DNA from: an uncultured delta proteobacterium
GTDB lineage: Bacteria; Desulfobacterota; Binatia; Binatales; Binataceae
Direction of reading: 5' to 3'
Length of the DNA: 64,000 bases
Assembly: GCA_963842085.1 (NCBI GenBank)
Contig: CAWJET010000001.1
Location: 224,001 to 288,000, forward strand
This document shows positions 26,784 to 37,376 of the stretch, in pieces. Each line of letters opens with the position of its first letter. Position 1 is the first letter of the stretch. The translations under genes and the position numbers were made by a program. The notes below the pieces were generated by a model. The model saw nothing but the letters and a program-made list of their open reading frames with translations. It was not told the DNA's origin and ran no database searches.

Positions 26784-27257
26784 TCAGCTCGCGGCCGGCG
26801 CGTCCGCCTGCGGGACAGTTTCCGGCTTGCCTTGTGGCCAGGTCGTTTCGATCTCGCGCGAGTAAACGCCGTAGATCACATTCACCAATTCGGCATGCCT
26901 GATCAGGATTCTCATGTCGCCGGTGATCTTGACGCTGCCCTTGAGTCCGGCATCGATCAGATCGATCAGTCCCGCGGCGACTCCTTCGAATACCGAGGCG
27001 GGCAGCTCGAAAATGAAATCGAAGTCCTTGCGCGGCGGCTGGACCTCCACCTGCCGGTATTCGAGGCACTTGCCGTCGGAGAACACCACGACGAAATTGA
27101 GCACATCGCCGGCCGCAAGATACGGCGAGCGCGCATCGCCGACAATCTTCGCAAGTACGTGGAAAGTGCCGCGCGGCGCGTTGCGATCGACTTCGGGATT
27201 TTCATTCAGGATCTTCCTCAGAGCTTCGTACCATTCGGTAGTGTAAATCGCAGGCAT
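26784..27257 (-). CDS. SCP2 sterol-carrier-like protein
   Basis: YTTEWYEALRKILNENP...DLIDAGLKGSVKITGDMRILIR; GGAGGA RBS. Confidence 0.7.
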   Translation of the reverse strand: MPAIYTTEWYEALRKILNENPEVDRNAPRGTFHVLAKIVGDARSPYLAAGDVLNFVVVFSDGKCLEYRQVEVQPPRKDFDFIFELPASVFEGVAAGLIDLIDAGLKGSVKITGDMRILIRHAELVNVIYGVYSREIETTWPQGKPETVPQADAPAAS

Positions 27258-27270
27258 GATCGATCCTCCG

Positions 27271-28881
27271 CTAGTAGAGCCGTCCTTCCTGCTGCCAGAT
27301 TTTCGGCAGGCCAAAGTCGTGCGCGATAACCTTGTAGGCGTTGTAGCCGCCGGCCGCGCTGATTCCGCCGCCGCCCGCCGACGCGCCGCACATGTACAGT
27401 CCCTCGATTTCGGTGCGGTAGATGTGCTTCCGCGGCAGCCCGGGATTCATATGGCCGAGCCGACCGTGCGAGAAATCGCCCTCGGGCATCGCGATCCGCC
27501 GCTCCATGTCGAGGGAGACGTATAGCTTGTCCGCGAGCACGTTCTCGCGCGTCATGTTGGGGGCGTAGGTGCGCCAGAGCTCGAGGAATTTTCCGTTGTA
27601 CTCGCGCCGCACGGTGTCCCATTCCTCCGGGCTGAGGCACGAAGCGCGCGGAAAGAAGAACCATCCGTTCATCGCATGGAGTCCCGGCGGCGCCTGGCTG
27701 GGATCCCAAAGCGAGTTGACCCACGTACCCGCGCCGGGACGGTCGGGAATCTGCCCGCCGTAGGCCTGCAGGATGTAGTCGGAGACCTGGTGAGCGTCCT
27801 CGAATCCGACGATTGTGTAAAAGCACTTGTTGATGTCGGGGTTGTGCCGCGCGGACTTGTAGTCGGGTGGATTGCGCAATGCGAACGACGGCGTCCCGAG
27901 CACGTGCTCAGGACCGAAGCGCCAGTTCGCCATCCGCTCTTTGCGGAAGTCGCTCAGCTTCTCCCACCCCATCAGATCGACAAAGGTGGTTTTCGGATCG
28001 GCGTTGGACGCTATCAGCTTGCGCGCCTCGACCGTGCGCCCGTCCTTCAACCTGACGCCGGTGGTGCGTCCGCCTGAGTTCAGAATCTCGACGACCGGGC
28101 TGCTGTAGCGGAGGTCCGCGCCCGCCGCGAGCGCCGCACTCGCCATCGCATGCGCGAGGGTATGAGTGCCGCCGATCGACAGGTAATGATTGCCGCACAG
28201 CCAGATCACCGCCATCACGAATCCCATGCCGTCGCCGGCGTGCAGGTTAGCTCCCCATTCGACGCACTGGCGATACATCGTCGCCCGCATCTCGCTCGAC
28301 TCGAACACTTCGTCGATCAGCACCTTCGGGCACTTGTTCAGTTCTTGGGGTTTGAAGCCGATGTCGAGCCACAACTGCATCATCCGGCCCAGGATCGTTT
28401 CGTCGCGCCCATCAGACGGGACTTCGTTGGCCGGCGGGCTATAGAGCATAGCCGAGATGTAGTTGTTGGCATCGAGCACTTTGCGCCGGATCGCATCGAA
28501 AGTGTCGGCGTCGCGGCGCGAGTAGTGCGCGATGCTTTGGCGGGTCTTGTCCGCGAATTCGGGACGGTAGATGACCAGCGGCGGCCTGCCATCGGCAAAC
28601 GTAATCCCGACCTGCGCGTCGGGCTTGATCATCCGCGCGCCGAAACCGGGCAAGTCGAAGTCGCGATAGAAGGGCATCATCTCGATGAACTCCATGTACT
28701 GGGCATGGAGGTTGTGCCAGAAGCCGGGCACGGTGGCCTCGTCGGTATGCGCGCCGCCGCCTTCGTCGTGACGCCGCTCGAACATCCCGACTTTCAGGCC
28801 TGCGCGCGCGAGATAGGCGGCGAGGCACAGCCCGTTGTGGCCGGCCCCGATAATCACCGCGTCGTAAGATGCGTCTGCCAT
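27271..28881 (-). CDS. Phytoene dehydrogenase-like FAD oxidoreductase (COG1233), paralogue B
   Basis: DAVIIGAGHNGL...FERR..EGG, PGFWHNLH and YRTEIEGLYMCGAS; GAGGAG RBS. Confidence 0.9.
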   Translation of the reverse strand: MADASYDAVIIGAGHNGLCLAAYLARAGLKVGMFERRHDEGGGAHTDEATVPGFWHNLHAQYMEFIEMMPFYRDFDLPGFGARMIKPDAQVGITFADGRPPLVIYRPEFADKTRQSIAHYSRRDADTFDAIRRKVLDANNYISAMLYSPPANEVPSDGRDETILGRMMQLWLDIGFKPQELNKCPKVLIDEVFESSEMRATMYRQCVEWGANLHAGDGMGFVMAVIWLCGNHYLSIGGTHTLAHAMASAALAAGADLRYSSPVVEILNSGGRTTGVRLKDGRTVEARKLIASNADPKTTFVDLMGWEKLSDFRKERMANWRFGPEHVLGTPSFALRNPPDYKSARHNPDINKCFYTIVGFEDAHQVSDYILQAYGGQIPDRPGAGTWVNSLWDPSQAPPGLHAMNGWFFFPRASCLSPEEWDTVRREYNGKFLELWRTYAPNMTRENVLADKLYVSLDMERRIAMPEGDFSHGRLGHMNPGLPRKHIYRTEIEGLYMCGASAGGGGISAAGGYNAYKVIAHDFGLPKIWQQEGRLY

Positions 28882-28892
28882 ATAAGTCTCCT

Positions 28893-29303
28893 CTAACGCG
28901 CGCCGTCGCGGCCGAGTTTCATCAGCCGATGAACCCGCAAAGGAAGAAACGGGTTGCGCAACCGCGATTTCACTTTTAGATGTCCACGAAGATGCTCGAT
29001 TAGCGGATTGGTGCGGCCCTGGAGCAACTCGGTCAGCGATTGGTACGGTCCGGCAATGCTCGCATCGAGCGGTTCCGCACTGCCGTCGCACACCGCGATT
29101 TGACTGCCGAGAAAATCAACTGTGACCGACGCGTGATAATCGGTTGCCGTCAGTCCCAGGCGTCCGCGCAAGCGCCCGGCGCGACGCCGTCGCGAGGCTG
29201 AATCGGCCAACTGCTGTTCGAGGAACTGCTGGACGATCGACGCCAGCCCGCTGGTCGAGCCGTCGGCGAGCCGCACCTCGAGCTTTGAGTCCACGGAAAT
29301 CAT
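28893..29303 (-). CDS. SCP2-like protein
   Basis: GLASIVQQFLEQ...DASIAGPYQSLTELLQGRTNPLIEHLRGHLKVK (SCP2-type C-terminal pattern). ATGA overlap with the upstream gene. Confidence 0.6.
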   Translation of the reverse strand: MISVDSKLEVRLADGSTSGLASIVQQFLEQQLADSASRRRRAGRLRGRLGLTATDYHASVTVDFLGSQIAVCDGSAEPLDASIAGPYQSLTELLQGRTNPLIEHLRGHLKVKSRLRNPFLPLRVHRLMKLGRDGAR

Positions 29304-30892
29304 TGCCACCAGCGCTCGAGCTTCTGGTCCTGCGCGATAATCTCGAGCGCGTTATAAGCCGGCGCGAAGGTCACGAACCCGTGCGGATGCTGTGTGGCGC
29401 CGCACATGTACAGATTGCCGATTGGTGTCCGATACTCCGAAAGAATCGGGCCGGGACGATGGTCCAGCATGTTGCCGAGATCGATCAACCCGCCGATCCA
29501 GTCGGCCTGAACCATGTTCGGCATCCGGCGCGCGATGTCGAGCGGCGAATAGGTCGCCCAGTCGAGAAACGTGCTATCGCTCAGGTTGGGCGCGGCCGCT
29601 TTCCACACGTCGATGCATCGCTGGCCGTATTCGCGCGAGACTTTTTCCCACGCGCGCGGACCGCCGCTGGCGAGATTGTAAGGCGCCATCTGGCGGAGCA
29701 ACCCGGTGTAGCAGCCGTCGGGCGCGTCGGTCGGATCGTAAAGCGAGTTGACGGCGGCGTTGGGCCGCGGATTCAAGAGTTTGCCGGCGCGCACGTCGCG
29801 CCAATCGTCATTGAACTGCTTCTGATTTTCATAACCGAGGTTAACCACCCACGCGCGGTTGACGTCGGGATCGAACGCGGCCGCGCGATACTCCGGCTTC
29901 GCCGTCATCGCCAGATGGACACTAAAGAACGACCAGTCCATGTGTGGAAAGTGCTCGACTTCAGCCGCGAGCGGCGGCGAAAGGTTTTCGCGGCCGACCA
30001 GGCGGAAGAAAGTCTGCTCGAGGCTGATGGAACTCGCGACCACGTGCCGCGCGCGCACTTCGCTGCCGTCTTCGAGGCGGACGCCGACTGCTTTGCCGTT
30101 CTCGACCAGGATTTTCTCGACGCCATGATTCAGGAAGACGCGTCCACCGGCTTGCGCGAGCGCTTCCCACAATGAATGGGCGAGCGCGTGCGAGCCGCCG
30201 ATGCAGATGTGCCAGTTGTCGATCTTGCTCAGCAGCAGCGGGAACGAAACCGCGAGTCCTCGGCGATCGGTCGCGTAGCCCGCCAGCGCCGCGTGAAATG
30301 ACAGATGAGCCTTGACCCGATCGTTCTCGAAATGGTGGTCGAGGAATTCATTGATCGTCTGATGGCGCAAATGAACGCTCAGGTACTTGCTCTTTTCCTC
30401 TACGCCCCACGTCACCAGCGCCTTGGTGATGTCCTTGATCGAAGTCGGCGGCGAATACATCAAGGTGCGCAAAATCAGGTCGCGGTAGCCGCGCGCCTCT
30501 TCGTAAACGGCGTGGAAGGTGTCAGCGTCCTTGCGCGAAAAGCGCGCGATCGATTCGCAGGTCTTGCTCAGGTCGGTATGCACGACCAGCGCGGAGCCGT
30601 CGCCGAACACGCTCGCCATTTGCACCGGCGGCTGGACGTAGCGCAAGCCGTGCCGCGTGGTGAGTTCGAGATCGTCATAAACGGGGCAGATGCCGACCAG
30701 GGTGTGATAGTTCGCGTGAACGTTGTGCAGGAAGCCGGGCCGCGTCAGTTCCTCGGTGCAGAGTCCGCCACCTTCTTCGGTGCGCTTCTCGAACACCCCG
30801 ACGGACATTCCCGCCTTGGCAAGATAGGCGGCGAGCGCCATGCCGTTGTGACCCGCACCGATGATGATCGCGTCAAAAGTTGCATCGGGCAT
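29300..30892 (-). CDS. Phytoene dehydrogenase-like FAD oxidoreductase (COG1233), paralogue A
   Basis: DAIIIGAGHNG...FEKR..EGG, PGFLHNVH and YRTPIGNLYMCGATQHP. Confidence 0.9.
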   Translation of the reverse strand: MPDATFDAIIIGAGHNGMALAAYLAKAGMSVGVFEKRTEEGGGLCTEELTRPGFLHNVHANYHTLVGICPVYDDLELTTRHGLRYVQPPVQMASVFGDGSALVVHTDLSKTCESIARFSRKDADTFHAVYEEARGYRDLILRTLMYSPPTSIKDITKALVTWGVEEKSKYLSVHLRHQTINEFLDHHFENDRVKAHLSFHAALAGYATDRRGLAVSFPLLLSKIDNWHICIGGSHALAHSLWEALAQAGGRVFLNHGVEKILVENGKAVGVRLEDGSEVRARHVVASSISLEQTFFRLVGRENLSPPLAAEVEHFPHMDWSFFSVHLAMTAKPEYRAAAFDPDVNRAWVVNLGYENQKQFNDDWRDVRAGKLLNPRPNAAVNSLYDPTDAPDGCYTGLLRQMAPYNLASGGPRAWEKVSREYGQRCIDVWKAAAPNLSDSTFLDWATYSPLDIARRMPNMVQADWIGGLIDLGNMLDHRPGPILSEYRTPIGNLYMCGATQHPHGFVTFAPAYNALEIIAQDQKLERWWQ

Positions 30893-31253
30893 CGAAGAAT
30901 ACCTCTGGGGTTGTCCATCGTCTCATAGGTTGGCGACTATCTCGGCTGATACCGACCGAACGGTTGATACGCATAAGTTGTGCCTTACGAAGAAAAACCG
31001 CGCCCGGTTACGCGATGGCAGCTCTGATCGCCGCGCCAGCCGGACTGTCGCGTTTTCCTGAGAGGAAACCCCAAGCAATCAGTGAGACCGTGCTAAACGT
31101 CTGCCGGCAAGTCTGTATCCGTTCGCGCCCGCAACTGTCGCGATCGGCGACATAACCGAGCGCGCAGCCGGTGGAGCAAGTCGCGATCTTGCTCGAAACT
31201 GGCTGGCCTTGTCGGTTGGCGCGCGAGTTGCTCATTATCGCTGCTGGCTTAGT

Positions 31254-32405
31254 GTGATCTTCAAATTGCTACCGCTGGCCGGACTTAATTTCTGGCGCCG
31301 CAACCGGCAGCGCACGCTTCTGACCGTGCTAGCTGTCATGACTGCCTCGATGGTGTTCTCGGCCGTGATGGTCATCCCGTTTGCGATGTCCGCAATCGTC
31401 GATAGGGCAGACGCGGTTCCCCGCCTTGCAGTCACTAACCGTGCGGCCGTGAGAAGAGGACTGCCCGAATCGTACTACGACAGAATCGCCGCGCTGCCCG
31501 GCGTGGTGGCGGTGAACAGGATGAACTGGTTCGGTGGGATTTATGATGATGTGAGGCATCAGTTCCCGAGCATGGGCATCGATGCCGACAACCCCGACGT
31601 GATCTGGCCCGAGTACGCGCTCGACCATGAGCTGATCGAACGGTTCAAGAGCACCAAGAACGGCGCGATCGTCGGCATCGCCACGCTGCACCGTTTTCGA
31701 TGGCACATTGGCGACGAAGTCTCGCTCCATGAGCCCTCGATACCGTTGACCCTGACCTTCCGCATTGTCGGCACCATCAGCAGCGGTCCCGACCTGACCA
31801 TCTTCCTGTTCCGCCGCGACTACCTCGAGGACGCGATGCATGATCCCGGACTCACCAGCATGCTATGGGTCCGCTGCGCGAGCATGCGCGATGCGTCGCG
31901 TTTGGCCGCCACCATAGACGAGATGTTCCACAACTCTTCGGCCGAAACCCGTACGGAAACCGAGAAGGAGTTTATGGCGCAGATGGTTGCGAAATTCGCG
32001 CCGATTGCACACCTCGTGCAAGCGATCGGCCTCAGCGCGGTCCTGGCAATCGCGCTGGCAGTGCTGAATGCCGCGTCGATGACGGTGCGGGAGCGATCGC
32101 GCGAGATCGCGGTGCTCAGGAGTCTCGGGTTCACCTCGGGCCAAATCCTCTGGGAAACGGCGGCCGAAAACGGGATCATGGCGCTGCTGGGAGGAACCCT
32201 TGGCGTCGCGGTGGCGGCTACGATGCTCGATCGAGTTCGCGGATTTATCCCGAGCTTCGGTCCGCTGCTGTCATTTGGGCTGCCGGTGCCGGTGATGGCT
32301 GCCGGGCTCGCCGTCGCGGTCGCAGTCGGACTTGCCGCGGGAATACTGCCTGCCATCCGCGCGACGCACTCGACCGTGCTGGACGGCCTGCGCCGCGTTG
32401 CGTGA
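31254..32405 (+). CDS. ABC transporter permease (MacB/FtsX family)
   Basis: RNRQRTLLT, a large periplasmic loop, then VRERSREIAVLRSLGF and three C-terminal TMs. GTG start inferred. Confidence 0.88.
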   Translation: MIFKLLPLAGLNFWRRNRQRTLLTVLAVMTASMVFSAVMVIPFAMSAIVDRADAVPRLAVTNRAAVRRGLPESYYDRIAALPGVVAVNRMNWFGGIYDDVRHQFPSMGIDADNPDVIWPEYALDHELIERFKSTKNGAIVGIATLHRFRWHIGDEVSLHEPSIPLTLTFRIVGTISSGPDLTIFLFRRDYLEDAMHDPGLTSMLWVRCASMRDASRLAATIDEMFHNSSAETRTETEKEFMAQMVAKFAPIAHLVQAIGLSAVLAIALAVLNAASMTVRERSREIAVLRSLGFTSGQILWETAAENGIMALLGGTLGVAVAATMLDRVRGFIPSFGPLLSFGLPVPVMAAGLAVAVAVGLAAGILPAIRATHSTVLDGLRRVA

Positions 32406-32447
32406 GGTCTTCAGCGGCCGGCTGCTACGTTGAGCCGGCGGCGAAAC

Positions 32448-33644
32448 TCAGACCAGATTTGCGCGGCGATACATCGTGACGATCGCGGCTCCTCCAAGCC
32501 CAAGATTGTGCTGGAGCGCGACCTTGGCGCCCGTCACCTGCCGCTTGTCCGCTTCGCCCCGCAATTGCCAGTTGAGTTCCGCGCACTGCGCCAGGCCGGT
32601 TGCGCCCAGGGGATGGCCCTTCGAAATCAGGCCGCCCGATGGATTCACGACCACCTTGCCGCCGTAAGTGTTGGCGCCCGCGTCGACAAATTCACCGCCC
32701 TTGCCCTCGGGGCATAGCCCCAGCGCCTCGTAAGTGATCAGTTCGTTGCACGAGAAGCAGTCGTGGAGTTCGACCACGTCGACGTTCTCGGGTCCCAGAC
32801 CGCTTTGCTCATAGACCTTATGCGCGGCAGCCTTCGACAGATCAGCGCCGACCATCTTGATGCAGCTGCGCTCGGAAAACGTGCTGGCGAAGTCGGTCGC
32901 CATCGCCATGCCGAGAATCTCTACGGCCTTGTTCTCGAGCCCATGCTTCTTGACGAAGTCGGCGCTGGCCAGAATTGCTGCGCCTGAGCCGTCGGAGGTC
33001 GGGCAGCACTGAAGCTTGGTGAGCGGCTCATACACCATCGGCGCGCCGAGGATTCCTTCGAGTGAATACTCATCCTGGAACTGCGAGTAAGGGTTGTTCA
33101 CCGAATGCTTGTGGTTCTTCCATCCGATTTTTGCGAACTGCAACGCGGTCGTGCCGTAGCGCTCCATGTGCTCGCGGCCGGCGTTGCCGAACATCTGCGC
33201 CGCCGGCGGCGCCGGCGCGAAGCCGCGCAAGTCGGCCATCAGCTGGACGTGCTTGTCCATCGGATTGATGCGGTCTGTGTACTTGGCACCGAGCGAGCCC
33301 TTCTCCATCTTCTCAAAGCCGAGTGCCATCACGCAGTCCGCGATGCCGCCCTCGATGAATTGCTTGGCCATGAACAGCGCGGTCGAGCCGGTTGAGCAGT
33401 TGTTGTTGACGTTGTAGATCGGAATGCCGGTCATGCCGAGTCCGTAGAGCGCCCGCTCGCCGCAAGTCGATTCTCCGTAGCAGTAACCGACCACCGCTTG
33501 CTCGACGTTTTCGTAGGCGATCCCGGCGTCCTGCAGGGCTTTGGTGCCGGACTCCTTCGCCATGTCGGGATAGTCCCAGGCCCGCGAACCGGGCTTCTCG
33601 AACTTGGTCATCCCGACGCCTACGACGTAAACCTTCCGTCCCAT
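32448..33644 (-). CDS. SCPx-type thiolase (lipid-transfer protein)
   Basis: [40 protein letters not shown] and HNLGLGG. Confidence 0.93.
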   Translation of the reverse strand: MGRKVYVVGVGMTKFEKPGSRAWDYPDMAKESGTKALQDAGIAYENVEQAVVGYCYGESTCGERALYGLGMTGIPIYNVNNNCSTGSTALFMAKQFIEGGIADCVMALGFEKMEKGSLGAKYTDRINPMDKHVQLMADLRGFAPAPPAAQMFGNAGREHMERYGTTALQFAKIGWKNHKHSVNNPYSQFQDEYSLEGILGAPMVYEPLTKLQCCPTSDGSGAAILASADFVKKHGLENKAVEILGMAMATDFASTFSERSCIKMVGADLSKAAAHKVYEQSGLGPENVDVVELHDCFSCNELITYEALGLCPEGKGGEFVDAGANTYGGKVVVNPSGGLISKGHPLGATGLAQCAELNWQLRGEADKRQVTGAKVALQHNLGLGGAAIVTMYRRANLV

Positions 33645-33824
33645 GTTTGATCTCCCTTGAAGCCGCACTTTGCGCGGCGGCGCCATTTCTCAAAACCCTA
33701 TATTGCATCAAAGACAAAAGGAATCGAGCCGGCGGCTCGGATCGACGGCCGCACGCAAAAGGGCCGACCCACCTAGCGACTGTTAGGATAGAAACCCTGG
33801 TAGTTTCTGCTATTTTATTCGCGT

Positions 33825-33901
33825 CGGGGTGTGGCGCAGACTGGTAGCGCACTCGCTTGGGGTGCGAGTGGTCGCCGGTTCAAATCCGGCCACCCCGACC
33901 A
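33825..33901 (+). tRNA. tRNA-Pro (anticodon GGG)
   Basis: Cloverleaf: acceptor CGGGGTG/CACCCCG, D stem GCGC/GCGC, anticodon stem CTCGC/GCGAG with loop TTGGGGT, T loop TTCAAAT, encoded CCA. Confidence 0.96.
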
Positions 33902-34085
33902 ACTCGAAATCGGCTTGCTGGGTGGAAAAAGCTCTCCACCGGTGCGCGCGTTTTCGCCAGATCGAAGCTGAGTGATCTGTCGAATCATCGCCCGCGGGCA
34001 TCTCTCCGCTCAAGCGCGGAGAATCGCGTTTGGACTTCGCCAATCAAGGGCTTATTGGTAGGTAAAAGAGCGAGGAGGCTCACTT

Positions 34086-34637
34086 ATGCCGTTGAACGAT
34101 CCATGGTTCTGGGCGTTCCTGGCGGCGCTCGGATGGGGTTCCGGATGCGGCGCCTTCTTCGGTATCCCGAGCCTCGGACGCAGGCTTGAATTCGGCATCC
34201 CCATGTTCATCCTGGCCGAAGTCCCGCGTGTTCTGCTTCCGCTGCATTTCGTGGTCCAGCCTCGAATCGTTCCGAACCCGTCCTGGGTTGTCTGGGTTGG
34301 AATTCTCATTTTCGCCGGGAGCCTGGTCTTCGGAACTCCGGTCTTTCGCATCATTCCGTTAAGAGCGCCGGATAGCCGCGAGCCGCTTAGAACCGATGGG
34401 CTCTATGCCGTAGTCCGCCACCCGCTGATGCTATGCGACATCCTATGGCCGCTTGGCTGGTCCTTGATATTTGGTTCTGTCATAGGTGTCGTGCTCACTC
34501 CGGTGTGGCTGCTCGTGATCTGGGGAGAAACATATCTTGAGGAGGAGTCGCTCGTCCGGGAATATGGAGACGCTTATCGCCAGTTTCAGTCACGCGTCCC
34601 ACGCCTCTTCCCCCGCCTTCCTGGCTTCGGGCGGTAA
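34086..34637 (+). CDS. ICMT/PEMT-family membrane methyltransferase-like protein
   Basis: LRTDGLYAVVRHP...EEESLVREYGDAYRQFQSRVPRLFP; multi-TM; GAGGAGG RBS. Confidence 0.82.
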   Translation: MPLNDPWFWAFLAALGWGSGCGAFFGIPSLGRRLEFGIPMFILAEVPRVLLPLHFVVQPRIVPNPSWVVWVGILIFAGSLVFGTPVFRIIPLRAPDSREPLRTDGLYAVVRHPLMLCDILWPLGWSLIFGSVIGVVLTPVWLLVIWGETYLEEESLVREYGDAYRQFQSRVPRLFPRLPGFGR

Positions 34638-34640
34638 CCA

Positions 34641-35306
34641 ATGTATCCGCCAGTTACCGGCGCGACGCTCGGAATATTCGGGCTCCTGCTCGTCGTGCTC
34701 TTTGCGTTTGTCGAGGTGGGAGTCATCCGTGTTACCTATCAGCGCCTTGGCATCTCGCCGCGGATCGTGACGCTCTTGCTGTTCGCGATGATACTTGGCA
34801 GCTACCTCAATCTGCCCATCGCGACGATTTCGGCGCCGAGGATTCTGGAGAACCGGATCGTCTATTTCTGGGGCATGCCGTACGTCGTCCCCGGGCTCGT
34901 CTACCCCGGCCGCACGCAGCTTGCGATCAACGTGGGCGGCGCGGTAATCCCGATCGGGGTATGCGTCTACCTGCTCGGCCGGTTCAAAGCCTATGCAACG
35001 TCAATGCTGGCGACTCTGATCGTGAGCATTGTCGTTTACTGGAACTCGAGAGTGGTGCCGGGCGTCGGCATCGCGGTGCCGACCATCATCCCCGGTATCC
35101 TCGCAGCAGCGACCGCCTACATTCTGGATTCGCGGCGTTCGCCGGCAGTGGCGTACGTAGCCGGAACGCTCGGATGCCTGTTGGGCGCGGACATCATGAA
35201 CCTGCCCCTGGTCGCCCAGATGCAGGCCCCGGTAGCATCGATCGGAGGGGCCGGCACATTTGACGGGGTATTCGTTTCCGGACTGATAGCGGCAATACTC
35301 GCTTGA
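34641..35306 (+). CDS. DUF1614 family membrane protein
   Basis: GSYLNLP, LAINVGGAVIP, GTLGCLLGADIMNL and ASIGGAGTFDGVF. Confidence 0.85.
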   Translation: MYPPVTGATLGIFGLLLVVLFAFVEVGVIRVTYQRLGISPRIVTLLLFAMILGSYLNLPIATISAPRILENRIVYFWGMPYVVPGLVYPGRTQLAINVGGAVIPIGVCVYLLGRFKAYATSMLATLIVSIVVYWNSRVVPGVGIAVPTIIPGILAAATAYILDSRRSPAVAYVAGTLGCLLGADIMNLPLVAQMQAPVASIGGAGTFDGVFVSGLIAAILA

Positions 35307-35345
35307 GGAGCACGGCAGATCGTCTGGCGGTCCAGGCTCTGCGCA

Positions 35346-37376
35346 CTACTTCCGCGAATTCGCGGCGATCTCCAAGATCTCTTCCGATCCTGAGTCGAGG
35401 CGCGGACCAAGGATGCGACTCAGCTCGTCGGAACCAACGGTCTCCTCGCGCAGCAGCGCCTCTACAAGCCGATCCAAGCGCTCCCTTGAGCTTGTCAGGC
35501 AGCGGCGGACGCGATCATGGGTCTCCTCGAGCAAGCGCAGGACTTCCTGATCAATTCGCGCCGCCGTCGCTTCGCTGTAGTCGCGTCCCTGCGCGATCTC
35601 GTAGCCCAGGAAAGGTTGCTGCTCGTCCGTCTTGAAAGCCACGAGCCCGAGCTTGCTCATCCCCCACCGCGTCACCATCCGGCGCACCAGGCGCGTGGCC
35701 TCCACCAGGTCGTTCTCGGCGCCGGTGGTCACCTCGCCGAAGACGATCTCCTCGGCAGTGCGCCCGCCCAGCATCACGGCGATCCGCGCCTTTAGATAGG
35801 ACAGGCTCAGGTTGTGGCGTTCTTCTCCCGGAATCTGCTCCGTCATTCCAAGCGCCTGGCCGTGCGGCACTATCGTCACCTTGTGCACCGGATCTGCGGC
35901 CGGCGTCAGCCACGCCACTACTGCGTGTCCACACTCGTGATAGGCGACCACCCGCCGTTCGCCGGGATTAACAAGGTGCTGTTGGGCCGCACCCATCCGA
36001 ATCTTGTCCTCGCTCTCCTCGAAATCAGCCATCGTAACCGCCGGCCGATCATGTCTGGCTGCGGTAACCGCGGCCTCATTGCAAAGGTTCGCCAGGTCCG
36101 CTCCGCTCATTCCGATTGTGCTGCGCGCGAGAGCAGCCAGGTCCACATCGGTGGCAAGTCGCAGCTTGCGCGTGTGGATGCGCAGGATTCCCTCGCGCCC
36201 TTTCCGATCCGGAAGAGCAATCACGACCTGACGATCGAAGCGTCCCGGCCGCAGCAACGCCGGGTCGAGCACGTCCGGCCGATTAGTCGCCGCCAGAATG
36301 ATCACCTCGAAGCGCTCGTCAAAGCCGTCGAGTTCGCCCAACAGCTGATTCAGCGTCTGCTCGCGCTCGTCGTTCATCGCGCCCAGGCCCGCGCCCCGTC
36401 GCCGGCCAACCGCGTCAAGCTCGTCGATGAACACGATGGCCGGCGCCGCCTCCTTGGCTTGCCGGAAGAGATCTCGCACGCGGCTTGCTCCTACTCCGAC
36501 GAACATCTCGACGAACTCGGACGCATTGAGGCTGAAGAACGGGACCCCGGCCTCGCCGGCTACGGCTCGCGCCATAAGAGTCTTGCCGGTTCCCGGCGCT
36601 CCGACCAGCAGCACGCCTTTGGGAATCCGTGCGCCCAGGTCGTGGTACTTTTGCGGGTGCCTGAGGAAATCGACTTCTTCCTGAAGCTCGGCCTTGGCCT
36701 CGTCCGCTCCTGCCACGTCGTTGAAAGTGATCTTTGGCTGCTCGCTGCTGTAGCGCTTGGCCTTCATCCGCCCAAACCCGAACATACCCGACTGACCGCG
36801 CACGGCACGGTTGCTCAACCACCAGAAGAATCCGAACAGAAGTACCAGCGGTCCCCACTCGAGCAGCATCTCGACGAACCAGGGCATCGAGGACGAGGAC
36901 ACCTCGACGACGACATGGTGCTCAATCAGCAGCGCCATCAATCCAGGGTCACCGACCGCCGCGGGAAAGGTCGTGGCGAATTCGCGGTACTCTACCGGAG
37001 GAGGCGCTGCGGGCTTCTTGGAGGCACTCTGTGGAGCGGCGGAAGTTGGCGGCGGTTTTGATGACGCCGCAGAAGGTGGCGGGGTTTTCGACGAGGACTC
37101 GGCAGTCTCCGTAGCCGGCGGCCAGAGGAGAGGCTTCGCAAAGGCGCCGTCGATCGAATCTCCGGCAATGTGAACCGAGGGGACATTGCCCTCGCGTACC
37201 TGCGCGAGAAAGACGGAATAGGGAATCGGAGCCTTGGGCTGCGAGGGCGGCCACGATCCGGTCACGTACCAGAGCAGCACGGCCAGCGACATCAACCACC
37301 AGAACAGAACACTTCGAGGGACCTGCGGGCCCTTCTCCGGCATCCTCTTTTCCGGTCGCGCTTCCTGTTGAGGCAT
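35346..37376 (-). CDS. ftsH: ATP-dependent zinc metalloprotease FtsH (probably an additional paralogue)
   Basis: Two TMs, [39 protein letters not shown] and TTGAEND. Confidence 0.94.
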   Translation of the reverse strand: MPQQEARPEKRMPEKGPQVPRSVLFWWLMSLAVLLWYVTGSWPPSQPKAPIPYSVFLAQVREGNVPSVHIAGDSIDGAFAKPLLWPPATETAESSSKTPPPSAASSKPPPTSAAPQSASKKPAAPPPVEYREFATTFPAAVGDPGLMALLIEHHVVVEVSSSSMPWFVEMLLEWGPLVLLFGFFWWLSNRAVRGQSGMFGFGRMKAKRYSSEQPKITFNDVAGADEAKAELQEEVDFLRHPQKYHDLGARIPKGVLLVGAPGTGKTLMARAVAGEAGVPFFSLNASEFVEMFVGVGASRVRDLFRQAKEAAPAIVFIDELDAVGRRRGAGLGAMNDEREQTLNQLLGELDGFDERFEVIILAATNRPDVLDPALLRPGRFDRQVVIALPDRKGREGILRIHTRKLRLATDVDLAALARSTIGMSGADLANLCNEAAVTAARHDRPAVTMADFEESEDKIRMGAAQQHLVNPGERRVVAYHECGHAVVAWLTPAADPVHKVTIVPHGQALGMTEQIPGEERHNLSLSYLKARIAVMLGGRTAEEIVFGEVTTGAENDLVEATRLVRRMVTRWGMSKLGLVAFKTDEQQPFLGYEIAQGRDYSEATAARIDQEVLRLLEETHDRVRRCLTSSRERLDRLVEALLREETVGSDELSRILGPRLDSGSEEILEIAANSRK

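Noticed and set aside
27271-30892. Carotenoid cluster (crtI/crtO) or hpnE
   Set aside because: No adjacent crtB, crtE or crtY. The proteins look like generic COG1233 members and are far from hpnCD.
33880-33901. attL/attR duplication of the tRNA 3' end
   Set aside because: I found no second copy by eye and there is no integrase in the window, so no island is called.
33810-34189. ORFs overlapping the tRNA
   Set aside because: The tRNA-Pro cloverleaf explains the sequence; the translations are typical tRNA shadow peptides.
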